Positions 11,404 to 25,272 of a stretch of DNA of 64,000 bases are shown here, piece by piece (position 1 is the first letter of the stretch; each line of letters starts with the position of its first letter). Where the stretch lies: the NCBI RefSeq assembly GCF_011386835.1, contig NC_088808.1:24366001-24430000 (forward strand), read 5' to 3'. Under the pieces are notes generated by a model. The model was not told the origin of the DNA. It was given only the letters and a program-made list of their open reading frames with translations, and did no database searches. Made by a program: the position numbers and the translations under genes. The stretch comes from Chrysemys picta bellii (taxonomy: Eukaryota).

Positions 11404-14400
11404 GGGAACTGGAAAATGGGCAATCAGCATCTAGCCTCTTTTTTTCTGTGAAAAGGACTCTTCACACACTAGTTCAGGTGTGTCTTAATCACTGTCATTG
11501 CAGTATTTTGTACAAGAATTTTGACTAATTGTTTACAAAGATATACTGTCCAAGCAGCATCCTTCACTGCAAATTGAAATTTTCTCTCTGGGGTGGATTC
11601 AGGGACTCTGTCTCAATGGCCTGTTAGCTGTGTAACAGCTATCTCCTTATGCTCATAAATCCCGTGTCTTGGCACCAAAGGGTTATATTAATTTCACTAA
11701 ACATTGGTGGCGGTTCAGGATTTTGACATTTTACATTTGTCATGAAATACTAGAGTTATGGACCTTTAGGTACATACGGTAAAGCTTCCCTTTCTCATTG
11801 GGCACAGGTGGCAATGAAGGGGTGTTTGCTGGTGGTCCTGTGTTCAATTCCTGACCGTTCTAAAAGCTTTTTGGAGAACACAAACAAGGGGTATAACCAA
11901 AAACAAAGTCTTGCCTTGTTATACTGACCTAACTTGTTAGCATTTGTTCATATCACTGTGTAAATTTTACAGTGCATATATCCTGGCCTGCGGTCATGAA
12001 AACTGCACAGATGACATTTATTTAATTTTCAGAGAGAGCACAACTTTATAGTTGTCTGATTTTTACTTTTCTTAAAGAAAAAATTAATATTTAAAATGGT
12101 CTTAATTATAGTACCTAATACTCAGTTGCCTTTTAAACTAATGTACTAGTCTGTATCATAGGTTTAGTGTTGGGAAGAGAGGTAGTAAACCATTTTAAAT
12201 ACTTTTTAAAACTGAATTTCAGTTTATTGTAAACATCATTAAAAAAAGAGTTCCAGAGTTCTTATTGAAAGGAAAAAAATCTTAGTGATACAAAGGGCAA
12301 AGAACGTCAATATAATACCTTTTTGGTTTTTTTTCTTTACAAGTTTGCTAGCAGCAGACTTCTATAACTAACATCTGCTTCCCTCTAAAGCAGTATTGAC
12401 TGGATCTGTTTCAGACTTTACATTTACCTGCAACTAAATTTGCTTTGATTTTAAGGTAGTGGGCTTATTAGCTCTTTCCTGTCATACTATTCTTTAGTTG
12501 GAGCATGTTAGTCTTTTTAATGTAAAGGCAGAATTCAGCTTGTACGCAGCAGATTGTGGCTTGAATACTACGAACTTCCCTGGAGAGGAAGGACAGACTA
12601 AGCCCTGATCTGCCATACAGAGCTGGAGTAGAATTTTGCCCTTAGTCACTAACCACAAACTACCTTAAAAATGGGAAGCAGCAATTTGTCTGGCTTTGTT
12701 TAAAAAAACCTGAAGTTTATAAAAACTACATAGAAGATATAGAACTTAAACAGGCAGCAAGTTGCACAAAGGCTCTTGGCTATTGCTGAATAACAGTATT
12801 TTTATCAAATACATCTTGTTAATGAAAATTCAACATATACATAAGAGAATTTTAGACCAAATGCTTATGAATGTCTTACCGTAAAGAATCACTAGTATTT
12901 TAACCTTACTGAGGGTGTAGGAGTTGGCCAGTGCTAGTAGGAGTAATGTTAAAAGGAGTTTTATAAATCTTGTGGAATGAATCACGTTACCCTTCTATTG
13001 GGGAAGAATAGCAACAAGATTTTCAGTAAACAGGCTCTGTCCTTATACCTAAGTAAACACCTTTAATAGCTTTAGCTTCATCTACAACATTACTCTCAAT
13101 GGAGGGGCTCAAGGGCTGCCTTTACCCCAGTTAACTTACAATAACATACAAATGTAATGTGCTTTCATATTAGAAAATTTAATGAATCTTAAGGGGCAGA
13201 GACTTTCATCCATTATTCTTCCCTCTCCAAATGGAGTAATGAGGGCTATGCCTGTGTGTACTTAAATCTAAAGCGTTCATTTTACTGTGATTATAAAAAT
13301 TACATTAGGATGAATGGCACCTTTCCATAAGATATCAAAGGAATTCAGACACTCAATTGCAATAGAGACCCTTGCTAATGTCTCTTGATGACAGTGGATC
13401 TAGGGCAGCTAGATGCCTATCCTACTGTTCTTGTCAACCAGTGACTACCAGCATGCTGCCCAAGGACTTGTTTAGAAGCTGGTTTGAGTTGTTCCTTAAT
13501 CTGCTATGGGTTGCTGTTTAACATGAAGGAAAGCAGTCTCCCCAACTGGTTAGGGGATCAGGGTAAAGGGAACAAGGTAAGCTGTATGCTAGAGAAATTT
13601 ACAGTATCTGTTGAATAGCATAACTTCAGTTTGATCCTAAAGGTCCTTAATTTACCATGAGTTAGTTTTCCTGTGTTGAATTTTCTTTAACTATCACAGC
13701 AAGAATAATCTATGGTGTGTATATATTAACAATTAATGTACTTTTCCTTCTATAGAAGCTCCTGGGGTGTGTATATAATCCTTTCTATGAATAGCTGCCT
13801 GTGGATTTTAATCTATTCCTTTGGTGTTGTAAATATGGATTGTATTATAGAACTCTGAAACAATTGAACTAATTTGTGGTGCAATATTTTTGATTAAAAC
13901 TCTGGCCTTCTTTCTAATCATCTTATTGGGCTAGCTCCATGGTATTCTAGTGTCAATGTACCAGGTACTTAACATGTAAAGGAGCTAACTGACCTTTGGG
14001 GAGGGGAGAACTGTTATACTTAACTCATGAACCCTACTTTCTTATCAAGGGTAAGTGCGTGCTTTTTCTTTTCCTACCTTCTGTGGCTAGTATCTCTGAC
14101 AAGCCTGTGCATCAAGTAAGGGGAGGGTAACACCTACTGCAGGAGACCAAATTTCACTGAAGGTTGTAAGGTCCATTTATAAAGCCCAAGTTCAACTGCT
14201 GCCCTGTAGTTACAATCAAGTACCCTTTCATCCCTGCATGCCTTCTTTAGCCTGAAAAGTACCTGATTAAAAAGCCATCTTCCAGGAGTTTAGGGGTGGT
14301 TCTTGAAGCAGTGCTGTAATGCCTCTTCAGTACATAGAACCCAGGAGCTGAGCCTTCAAGCTCTTATTTCTTAAGTTCAGTTAACCTTAAGAGGGGTGGG

Positions 14401-15399
14401 AGAGGGAGGTCTTTACCCAAAAGACAGCATGTTGTGCACTGATAACTTACCCTAAAGCCTTTGTCCCAGGTGCTTTCATGTGACAAGTTCCTCCAACCTT
14501 AACCCCCTGCATCTTAAGTCATAGTCCTTAGAGAAAGCAGGATCTACATAAGATGTTTGTAGTTAAACCCAGCCACTTTATAGGCTAAGTTTAATTTTTA
14601 ATCATACAGCAGGACCCATTACTAGAGTAACAGATCCTATCCATACCATACTGGTTCTGGTCTTTTTCTAAAGATAACTGCAGTGCATCAGTGAGTTTCA
14701 AGTTTGTTTGTTTTTTTCACCTGAAGCTAAACTCCACTCCCCTGCTTTTGAGTGGTGCTATATGATCCATAGCATTAACACAACATGCCAGGGTCTTCTC
14801 TCACACAGATGACTATGCAGCTTCATACATTAAAGATGTGCTGATAGTTTATTAGCTGGATACTATTCAGAAAAGGTCCACTTTAAAGGGAGTGAATGTA
14901 CTTCGCTTTAAAGATTAACATATCAGAGAGCTCCTATTCAGAAGATGAGCAAGCACTCACTGTACTTAAATGCATAAAAGGCAAGGACACACTTTCCATA
15001 ACAGCATTAGTTATACATGAAGCAGTTCCTTGCTCAGCTGGCATGAAGAGAAAAACTGAGCCCTCCCTTAATAACACCATATATTATATTTGGCACTTAA
15101 CTTAATTGTCTGTTTATACATACAGATTAAATCAGGGCTAGAAAGAAAACATTCAAGTAAACACAGAGTGAGGCAAAGGTACAGTTAGAGGTGCTCATTC
15201 AGTCCATTTAAGAAAAGGTGCCCTAGTTTAAAGCATGTCCTTTAGAGACAGTCAAGGTGGTGTAGATGTAAACAGGAGCACAATACAATGTGGAGGTGGG
15301 ATCCTACACCAGGACTATTTCAGTACTAATTTGCCTTTGAATCAAGGGCATTTATCTAAATTGTAAAATTAAGTTATTTGACTCTTACAATCCAAGAGC

Positions 15400-15405
15400 T
15401 TTATT
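15400..15405 (-). terminator. ARPC5L: Likely ARPC5L poly(A) signal AATAAA
   Basis: tttatt on +, about 440 nt after the stop codon. Confidence 0.65.
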
Positions 15406-15846
15406 GATGCAGCAGGCACTTTACAATGAAACCAAACCAGTAGTCCAGCTCGTCCTGTGATTGTATGTACAAAGTCCCCTTTCAAATAAACATTTCCCCC
15501 CACCCAGAAACCAGTCAATTGTGTCTACTGAAGCCACAGCACCTCTTCTTTTAAATAAGCAATACACACAGGATTTAATTACCTCTCCCCTTACCGTAAT
15601 GAGAGCAGAATTTCTGCCTTCTGCTTTACCTTTAAACAAGGGATCAGAATGTCTCAGCTCCTATATTTGATAGTCAGAAAACACAGTAATATTTAATCTT
15701 TTCCCCAACCTTTAAAATTAGAAGCATTCCAGAGGTTTCCAAAGTTTCAGTAGATTGCAATGTCTAGAAAGATGGACCAGTGTCGCTTCCGCTAATTCTT
15801 TCTTCGGAGTCCAAAACTGTTCATCTTGGTTCAAGTTAATAGTCTT

Positions 15847-15909
15847 TTAAACAGTCTTTCTTGCTGTAAGAACTCTTACTATGGAACCTAGTCCACCTAC
15901 CGCTAGTGC
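15847..15909 (-). CDS. ARPC5L: ARPC5L coding exon 4 (last)
   Basis: ttacag|GCA...GTT TAA, 63 nt. Confidence 0.97.
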   Translation of the reverse strand, partial: ALAVGGLGSIVRVLTARKTV

Positions 15910-18900
15910 CTGTAAGGGTGGGAAAAGGAGATAGATATTACACATCAAATCACACCATTACACACACAAGGCATCTCAAACATAACAGCAGATATTAGCT
16001 AACCTCATTTCTGTACTTAATTGTAACACCAAGCAGTATATAGTTCACTTTTCCATGTGTTGCTAGAGCTCCTGAAATTCAGACATTATTCACTATTTAA
16101 GCATTTACTTCTTACTTTACATTTTCTTGCTCTTAAATCTTTGAAGTAGTTTAAAAAAGGTTCCTTAATGAAAAATATATTTCCTTAATAGGTGCTGGAA
16201 TTAACATTACTGCTTAAGTTAATTCTTCTGAAAATGATAGGGTAACAAATCTGCAAATGAACATGAAGCAGAAACAGCAGTTTTCGTTTTGTGGAATCTC
16301 ACTTTCAGACACACTAGAAAGGAAATATGCCCACAGGGTCTAGTATTAGTGTTACCAAGGAAGCAGAACAGTTTGGCATTATGCTACTGGTTCAAGAGTT
16401 GAACATTGGGTCAGCAGCAACTGCAGCCATTTTTGGAAAAGACACTCTAAAGCCAAACATTGGGAACATATTACTGGACGTTTATCACAACTTCTTAACA
16501 ACATTAGTAGAAACAGGAAATTATTTAACCCTAATAGAACTATTTAAGTTACATTAAGCTTTCACCTAAAGTCTGTGCAGGTACCTCCTGCAGTTGTGAT
16601 CTTACAGAACAATTTAACTTCTGGTGGTAACAAGCATTATGTTTATACTCTTTAGGCCCTGGTACAACTTATTCCCCAAATCACCAAGGAGAGATGAGCT
16701 AGTGGTTAGGGTGCTAAACTGGGATTTTTGACCTGGATTCAATTCCCAAATCTGCCCTGACTTCCTTCAGGACCTTGGGCAAATCTTTAGTCTCTATGCC
16801 TCAGTTCCCCCATCTGTACCATGGGGATAATAATCTCACTCTTCACAAGAGTGTTGTGATAGGTAGAATGAAGACTGCGAGGTTCTCAAGTATCTGAGGC
16901 AGCCTGGTTCTGTAAGACAAGCTATTGTATTATCAGAGAGCCCAAGGACACTTAAGGGAGACATTACTGTCAGACAGTAACCTAGTGACATCCTGTAAAC
17001 CATTCAAATTTAAGGGGATGGTGCAGAAAGACTCTAGGACAGACAACAAAGCTATCACCAATTCCACTGGACATATTAATAAAACTTTGTATGACATTAC
17101 CACAACTACAGAATCTGTCACCTGCCATAGTTCTGACTGGAAACAAGGTTCTTTTGTTTTTAGTCTAAGTTCCATACCCTGTGTACAAACAAACCAAAAT
17201 GTACCTACATTAGGGTCTAAAAGGTAGATATACTAGTGATTGGGAGAAACAGCTATATATGTATGTAATTAAGACTAGCAGACTAAATTGACAGATGCAA
17301 TAAAAATGCAGCCTATGAAGTATTACAACCTAAGAACCTGGAGCAGGGAGTACTAGTGTCAAACATCTGCTGCTCTTAGAAAGTGCAATGTTATAATTGA
17401 GGCATCTATCTAAGAGAGGTGTGGGAGAGCCTGTGTGTAATGCACAAGCTGGGTGTGTAAGAATTCATACGTTTTTACCCACTTGAACCCAAGTCACAAC
17501 GGAGAATGGTTTCTATATCTATTGCTAAAGCTGGGCTGACACGAATGTGAAAGGTACTGAAAGGGAGTGCTAGATCTCAAAGGACTAGACAGATGACTCC
17601 TCTCACCATGAATGAATAACTCTTCATACCAGTAGTACCATAAAGTAAAATGCAAGCAAAGCTTCAGTTTGGAAACAGGGCCAAGTCTACTTCAGAACTG
17701 CCTCATTCCTTTCGAAGTCTGGTGCTGTGTGTAGGCTGTTTTTACATTTGGCTGCATACTCTGCGTGGTAACAGTTCCCCAGCCAAGGCAGTATGCTGGG
17801 TAATTTCATACACCGTGGGCCACCAATCCATAATAGCCAGAAACCATCATTTTCATTGGAAACAAAAAGCAAGCAGAAATATGTTCTTTGACATGTTCTC
17901 ATGACAGCATCTCCTCCCACCCCCACATTTGACATTCTGCAAAGCAAGTGGCAGCTGCAGAAGTCTTCAGTGCAGTTACGAAGTATCACTGCTGTGTTGG
18001 TATCAGCAAATGTGTGTGTCCATGCCCAAAGGGCAAAGCCTTCAAGGTCTGAACACATCCCTTGTGCGGTTGTAGATGTACCCTGAATTTAAAGAGATTC
18101 CTTTCTTTAAATAGACTTTTCAAGACAGTTGTTCCACACTCAGACCTACACTCTACCCTTGGGAGAGGGGCTGAACAATCATTCCATACAGACCTATACC
18201 TGCTCAAACATGCACCCTACCCAGGGGTGGCAGGAAGGAAAGTGTCAAAACAGTCTGTTGGCAGCAAGGCCCTCACCACACCCTTGTAGGATCACAGAAC
18301 AGCCATTCCATAGGGGATCTTTGCCTCAGGATAGTACACGTCAGAGCAGTCATTCCATACTTGAACTCTAAGGTGGAGTGTGGATCCAAGTAGGAGCTTT
18401 TCTGTTGCAAGACTTCACAAGAGTTTCTCTTGCAAGTTAGAATTGTGCAACGATCACTGCTCAGTCTTGTGCATCCAGATGCCAATTTATGGGAGTACGA
18501 CAGGTGAAAGCTCTGACAGGTGTGTATTTCTCTAGCACATATCCAGAGGCCTATGCACCTCGCACTACATAGACACCGGATTAGAAAAATCACTTTCCCA
18601 GTCTAATACTTTGAATAATCAAGTCTCCGTTTACAAGTTCCTAGTTGGTAGATTCTACCACAAAGAAAAATATACCACTCTACCCAACTACATCTACATC
18701 ATAATACTTCCACCTTATTCCTCCTTCCATGGACTCCCAACCTTCCTAAATGGCTGCAAGAAAAGATGGACTTTGAAGCCTACTAAGAGTTAATGAATCC
18801 AAGCTCTGGCAGACCAGTAGGGAAATGAATTCCCAAACAGTGTAGCCCTGTCATCAGATTCCTCCTCCAGCACCTCCACTGACCACAATTATATTATATG

Positions 18901-21900
18901 ATTCTGCATAGGTACTGTTTCATAGAGCATTTAGAAACTCAGAAGATTTCCACCAATGATCCTACTGAACTGTGACTTCATGTTTAGGCAGCACTGAAAA
19001 AGAGACATACCTTTTCATGCCATTGAAGTAATATTGCACTGCTATTTTCTGTTGGCTTTTCAAATCCTTTATAAACGTACTTCATTAACAAGTCAATACC
19101 ATTTCTGTCTAACGAGTTTACTGCCTGTTCTATCTCACTGCTTTTAAAGGATGTCAGGACCTTAAGCACCACTCCCTGGGCCCGTTCCTGCAACAACAAG
19201 AGAAGTAAAATGACATCAGAACCTATTGACCCAAAGAGCAAAAACAGCAAAATCTTAACTGTATCCAAAATGCACATTTACTCAGCTAATGACTTCTGCC
19301 TAACAGATAACATGCAATGGAACTGTCAGCTGGATATAAAAGGCTATGTCAGTTTGTGAACCATCAGGCTTTAGTTTTACCATTTTAAATTTCAGTAGTT
19401 AGGAGCATTTAAGAACCAACTTCTTTAAACATTAAGGATTGAAAAGGGTCAGTATTTCCTTCTGAGAAAACATGATGGGATTTGGTGGGTCAGTGGACCA
19501 GACTTGTAAGTATCTTAGCAGCAAGTTTCTCCCACTTGCTATGCCCTAGCATAAACTTGCTATCCCACTCCATCCAGCCAGGTGTGTGCACCAAGGTGGA
19601 GAAGCCACATATATTGGATAGCTTCTAATATTCTTCTCCTAGAATTTGCATAGTAAAGGTCCAGCCACCGAACAGAAGCAGTCACTAATCAAGGGTGTCT
19701 AAGTACAAATATACAGCATATACATTTTACAAGTGGTTCACATAATAGGTTATTAATGATCAGCTATTTATATTTTCAGAGAAATGTTATTTTAAAGTGT
19801 ACTAATACTCCATAGCCAGGTCTATAAGGATCAGTGTGTCGGCACCTAAGGTGAACTAACAGTCACACAATTAGAAACCCAGAGGCTCCATTTACCTTTA
19901 TTGCTTGGTTCTTCGTGTTCAAGGGAGAATTCCTTAAGGCTGTGTGGAAAGCTTGGAGCATATCACCTGTGCAGCACAGCAAGTCAAGGACCCAAATTGT
20001 TTAGATATTTTAAAGATGATTAATAAGCATTCTATAAAGGACAGTTCAGAGCATTGGATATTCCAACACACCTAACTCGAGATAGTGGAAACAGGAAGCA
20101 AGGATCAACTGTAGCAACATACCACACCTTCTGATAAGGCTGTCATATCCCTCATTTTTAATATAGCTAAGACTATTGTGAATAGCCTTTTGAGAATTCT
20201 AAAGATCACCACAATTTGCTTTGTAATACAAAATACTTGATTTCAAAAAGACGTTGTAGTAGCAAAGTAGAGTGTCAAAGTGTGCACATCAAAAGGAAAC
20301 TCAGTTCACGGTCAACAGATCTTTACTCTTACCACTGTTTCTAAATACTATCCATACTGTACACAATAATGGCTGAGCATCACCATGAACTCAGAGATAT
20401 CCCAGCTTGCCACAGAAATTACATTACTTAGAAAGAGCACAGTGGATACTGTGTAGACACTGAAATTCCAAAATAGCGTTATGGAGCTCAGGGTCCATGT
20501 AAACTGAACACACACGCACACAATCTAAAAAGGGTCTTACCCTGTCTTCAGTCAGAAAGCATTCCCAATTCTTTCAACAGGGTTTTGCTGAGAAAGGGCA
20601 TGCAGGATTTTCACAGCTCCTAAAGCTAGAATTCACAAAGTAGGTGGGTAAGAGCTCAGCGTCCAGAAGGAAGCCATGTTAGATTAGCTGTAAAAATAAA
20701 AACATGTCCACTGGGGATATCCAGAAGAAAATGTCATAAATTGGCAAGATGGCAGCTGCATTTACCAGCTTAAACAAGATTTAGTCTTTTCAAAACCAAA
20801 CTACAACTTTAACTCAAATGTCATTTTTACCTTGCATATGGTTCTGGAGGCGGAAATCCACCAAAGCTACAGACAAATATCTAAATGCCTTTGAAAACAA
20901 ATGCCCCAGGAAAATACTAAATATTAAATGGAATGAATTTATTACAAATGACAAGATTAATCAGAGTTGAACTACTCCTTATCTACAAAGTTACCCATAG
21001 AAGAAGATGAAAATATCGAACATGTGTTAAGAATGAAGCCTGAGCATCTGCTATGGGCAACTCAAGAAACATTAAGAGGAATCAACCAAAAGAATCCCTC
21101 CATTGAACAGTATGTAGAAAGAAAATTATGGGATTTAACAACATAGAAGACATGCAAGAAGCAGACCAGGCTAGACAGAGATAGTAGAGCCTTGGTTGTA
21201 TCCTAAGCAATATTTGACAGCATGGGAAAGATTCAGATTACACAGATCTATTTATGAAAGGGAATGCATGCATACCTCATCTGGGAGGCATCCAATCCGG
21301 TCTCCTGCAAATCCTAAACGTAGCTATAGATGCACAGGAAAAGATACTGAAATGCAGTAGAGAATCTCAGGAAACAGCATTAAAAAGTTTATCCTCCCCC
21401 AGGAGGAGAGTATGGAAACCTGAGCTTTGCCAATGAAGAGATGTTATCTTTTCTACATAAGTCAAATTACGGTAATGGAGCTGGGTAGTTTAGGGAATTC
21501 TATACTGTACAGTAAGAAGTCGCAAGTATCAGGCAATTAAATAGAAATTTGAAAATGAATAAAAGATTCCAAAGAAATCAGCACCAGATTTATGTTCACA
21601 ATGATTTTAATTAACTTTGTGATCCCAAGCCCTGAAACTACACCGCAAGAGTAAGACTGTTAAAGCCCGACAGCACAGCATGAAGGATTGCAAACAAATG
21701 CTCATTTTGCTTCAAGGTCAATTTCCTCTTCACTTATCATTTTTAAAGCAATAGTTCACATCTGAGGTGACAGGAAATCCTTTGTAAGTTAAACTAAAGC
21801 CGACAAGACTTCACTGTTATAAAAACAGAAACCTCCTCATTCACCACACAAAACCTAAAACCTTGCAAATCAGCAAAGCCTTGTTCTCAGTTATTCAAAC

Positions 21901-24867
21901 TGAGCTATGGAACCATCTGACCTTACAATCCAACATTCTCATTTGCTCAGTTCCAGGGATGCCAAGTAACAAGAATGGCATCCAGGGGGACAAGTCACCT
22001 AAAAAGTAACTTGGTATACTGGCAACTATAACTGGAAAACTCAAATAATTTGCTATTCATTTCTATCATGCTTATAAATACACGTAACAGCAGGATGTTA
22101 ATGAATTAATCTACTTAATTAATAGCAGAGCCCCTCTCTGAAATACATGCCAGTCCTGTGTTAAACCCAAATATGAAGTTGGGGGTAAGAAATAATGCTG
22201 CCATAAAATAGTTAATTCAGTCATTCCCAACACTTGTTCAGATAGAAAAGTGCATCTTGGAGGACTTCATGAACGATCTTATTTGGTGAGGAAGAGCAGC
22301 CCAAGTGACAGCTGCCACTCAGGAAGAATTCTGATCAATATAAAGGGATCAGCACATAGTTACTAATCAAATTATACAACATAGAATAGTTTATTGGCCT
22401 GCTGCCTAATTTAATTTTTACAGCGACAGAATCTTAACTACATAATATGGATACAAGATAGCTCAGAGGATTGGTAATGAGATACAAATCCTGGCATCTT
22501 TAGATGACAGACTAGAATCCAGCCCAGGTCTGATGGCTGTTCAGACCAATCTGAAATGATTTGGTGGGGCTTAGTCCAGCCCCCTAATGAAGAGAAGTCC
22601 CACATCACAGAAACCACCACAATTATCATCTTTTAACAGGTTGAGCAGTGAATGGGGAGAATGAACTTTGTCATCTCCACATGTGGTAAAGCAGTCACTA
22701 ATTAGTGATGGGTGCAAGCCTGTGGGTGGAAGACATAAGCCTCCCAGGCTATCAAGCACTTTACTCTGGGTTACACTGTGAAAAAAGATCTGCACAACTC
22801 CAACTGGTATTTTCTAAGATGCACAGACAAACTACAACTACTATTTCTCCTCCCAGTCAGAGGCCATCCTGCTCTCTCTCCCCCCTACACTTGTTGTAGG
22901 CTTCATTTTAAAAACATATTGTGTCAAGGAGCCTCCTTGCTTTCATCTTCTGAACAGGAACCTTAATAAAAGGAATAATCTGGGTTAGGTCCCAGTGTGG
23001 CTGGTGGCAGAGTTATTTTAAGCACATTTACATCCATTTGGCTCAATTAACTCACTTCAAAACACACTGTCCTACTTGAAAAATTATTTCAGAAATGGGA
23101 TGAGGCAATGGAACATTCTCCTTCTATATAAGGCTCTCTGTCCACTTCTGTCTGCAGCCCCTAATTAGGTAACTTAATTTGCTTCCAATGTTTCTATCAA
23201 CAATTCAATATAAACTATGAATTACAACCAACTGATACAAAAATTGAGATCAGATCTCACATAATCCCCTTTCATAAACTGCTAAAAATGACAGAATTGT
23301 TGGTGTTGCAATATGCAAAGCTAGTACCCGCAACTATAAATCAGGTTCTTTCAGATTTCAGGATCTGGTTAGAATTCCACAGGCAAAGAGATACCAATCT
23401 TAATCAAAGTTAAAGCATAATCTAGGGCTTGCTTTCATTTCCCAGGTTTGCTGCTTTCTTTTCTTTATCAGCCAAGTGGAGTTTTCAATTTTGCAAACTG
23501 TATCATATAAAGATGAGCAAAATAATTATTTATTGTAAACAGAAAGTGCGATGGATATTAGAACTCATGAAACTGGCCAGAAAAAGGCAAAGATTAAAAA
23601 AAGGAGAAATGGGTTAAGATAACATTTTGGGGAGCCAAGCATTTTTAGCTTTAAACAGATGTTATAAGGGAATTATGTAAATGAGTCATACCTAGGAACA
23701 TTAAGGAATACCTCAGAACAGATCAAAAATTATACTTTTAACACTTCTCCAATTATAGGTATTTTCAGTTGTGCACAGCTACTTAATCTCACCAAATTTA
23801 TATTCATGACTAAATTTACAAAGCACTTTGGGAAATGCATGTTTCACACTCAATTTTGAAAGATGAGACCCTCACCCCCTTTAAGGCTATAAAGGCAATA
23901 ATGCCCACACTGCAACCATGGACTGTGTGGTGTTAAAAGACATATGCAATATAAACTGTTGCTAAAGGAGAGATTTTCAACAGTACAAATGGTAGTTAGG
24001 CATCCTATACTTATGGAAAGTCAACTGTGAGTTAGCTAACTTTCTGCCAAGTGTTCCTTTGAAAATCCCCCTCAGAGTAACAGTAAATCTTCATAACAGG
24101 ATACACATTCTAATACATGCTTTTCTGAGCAAAGTAACAGCTAATAATATTGACTTTTAAAGTATCATCAGCGTCATCTGAGTAGGACCCAGTGAAAGGA
24201 ATGCTTCAGTTCACACATCAGAGCTATTGTTTCAGGCTTTCTGCAACCTCAGGCAGACATCACTGCTGGGATTACACTTTGGATGGGTTTACAGTTTTCT
24301 TTGCAACTACAAAAAAAAATGAACATTGAATCTCTGTCCGGCCTCCCCTTCACCAGCTTGTTCTCTGCACCCTCCCAGGGGCTCCCCCGGGACACTGCTA
24401 GAACAGACGCCGTGTCACACTCCAGACTAAGAGGCCGGACAGTTTTCTAGCCCCAGCAGCAGCACAGACCACAACGGCCTGGCGCGGATTCGATTCAGCG
24501 AGGCGGCGACATGCCGTGAAACCCCATTTCCTGCACGAGCTCTGCAGAGACAGGTGTTGTCAAACCGCCGCCCCGGAGCAGCCCCGCACATGGCTCGCTC
24601 CGCTCCCCGACCCTCCCCCGCAGCCCCCCGCAGCCTGGGCCCGGCGCCCCACTCCCCGGAAGCGGGGCCCTGCAGCCTGTGGGGCCGCCGGGCGCGGCGC
24701 CGGGCCCGGGGCTCCCCAGAAGGATATTGCCTCAGCAGCGCCTCCACCTCGGGAACCGGGTCCGGCTCGGCCGCCGCCGCCTCGTCCGGCTCCTCCACGA
24801 ACTTGTTCTCGTCGTACTCGTCGATGTCCAGGCGGCGGAAGCGCGAGGAGAGCGTGTTCCGGGCCAT
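15847..24867 (-). CDS. ARPC5L: Actin-related protein 2/3 complex subunit 5-like, 150 aa, complete
   Basis: complement(join(15847-15909,19011-19187,19896-19968,24728-24867)); [23 protein letters not shown]...[15 protein letters not shown]...[11 protein letters not shown]...[20 protein letters not shown]. Confidence 0.97.
16695..16885 (+). mobile_element. MIR/CORE-SINE-like element
   Basis: CTAGTGGTTAG...GATTCAATTCC...GACCTTGGGCAAAT...CCTCAGTTCCCCATCTGTA. Confidence 0.7.
19011..19187 (-). CDS. ARPC5L: ARPC5L coding exon 3
   Basis: ttgcag|GAA...AAG|gtatgt, 177 nt. Confidence 0.97.
19896..19968 (-). CDS. ARPC5L: ARPC5L coding exon 2
   Basis: ctgcac|A GGT GAT ATG...AAG|gtaaat, 73 nt. Confidence 0.95.
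19969..24727 (-). other. ARPC5L: U12-type (minor spliceosome) AT-AC intron, ARPC5L intron 1
   Basis: donor ATATCCTT; branch site TCCTTGAC (19983-19990) 12 nt before terminal AC; the join restores CAA GGT (Q-G). Confidence 0.93.
24728..24867 (-). CDS. ARPC5L: ARPC5L coding exon 1
   Basis: ATG at 24867; ends AGG CA|ATATCCTT (U12 donor), 140 nt. Confidence 0.95.
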
Positions 24868-25019
24868 GCCGGCGGAGAGGCCGCTTCGCTTCGCCTCGCA
24901 GCCTCGAGCGTCCGCGAGCCCCGCGCGCCGCTTCCGGGAAGGGGCGGAACCGGAAACCCCGCCCGCCCGTGGAGGAGCGGGAAGGGCGGAGGCGGAGCTT
25001 GGCTGTGAGGCGAGACTGG

Positions 25020-25272
25020 CAGGGCCTCGGAGAGGCGGGGCACAGCGGGCGTGGGGGAGGGGCAGGGACTCTGGGGAGGCGGGGCTGAGCGGACGGGGGG
25101 AGGGGCAGGGACTCTGGGGAGGCGGGGCACAGCGGGCGTGGGGGAGGGGCGCTGGGGAGGCGGGGCTGAGTGGACGTGGGGGAGGGGCAGGGACTCTGGG
25201 GAGGCGGGGCACAGCGGGCGTGGGGGAGGGGCGCTGGGGAGACGGGGCTGAGTGGACGCTGGGGAGGACTCG
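25020..25272. repeat. G-rich imperfect tandem repeat upstream of ARPC5L
   Basis: repeated GGGGAGGCGGGGCACAGCGGGCGTGGGGGAGGGGC(AGGGACTCT) and GGGGCTGAGTGGACG modules. Confidence 0.85.
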
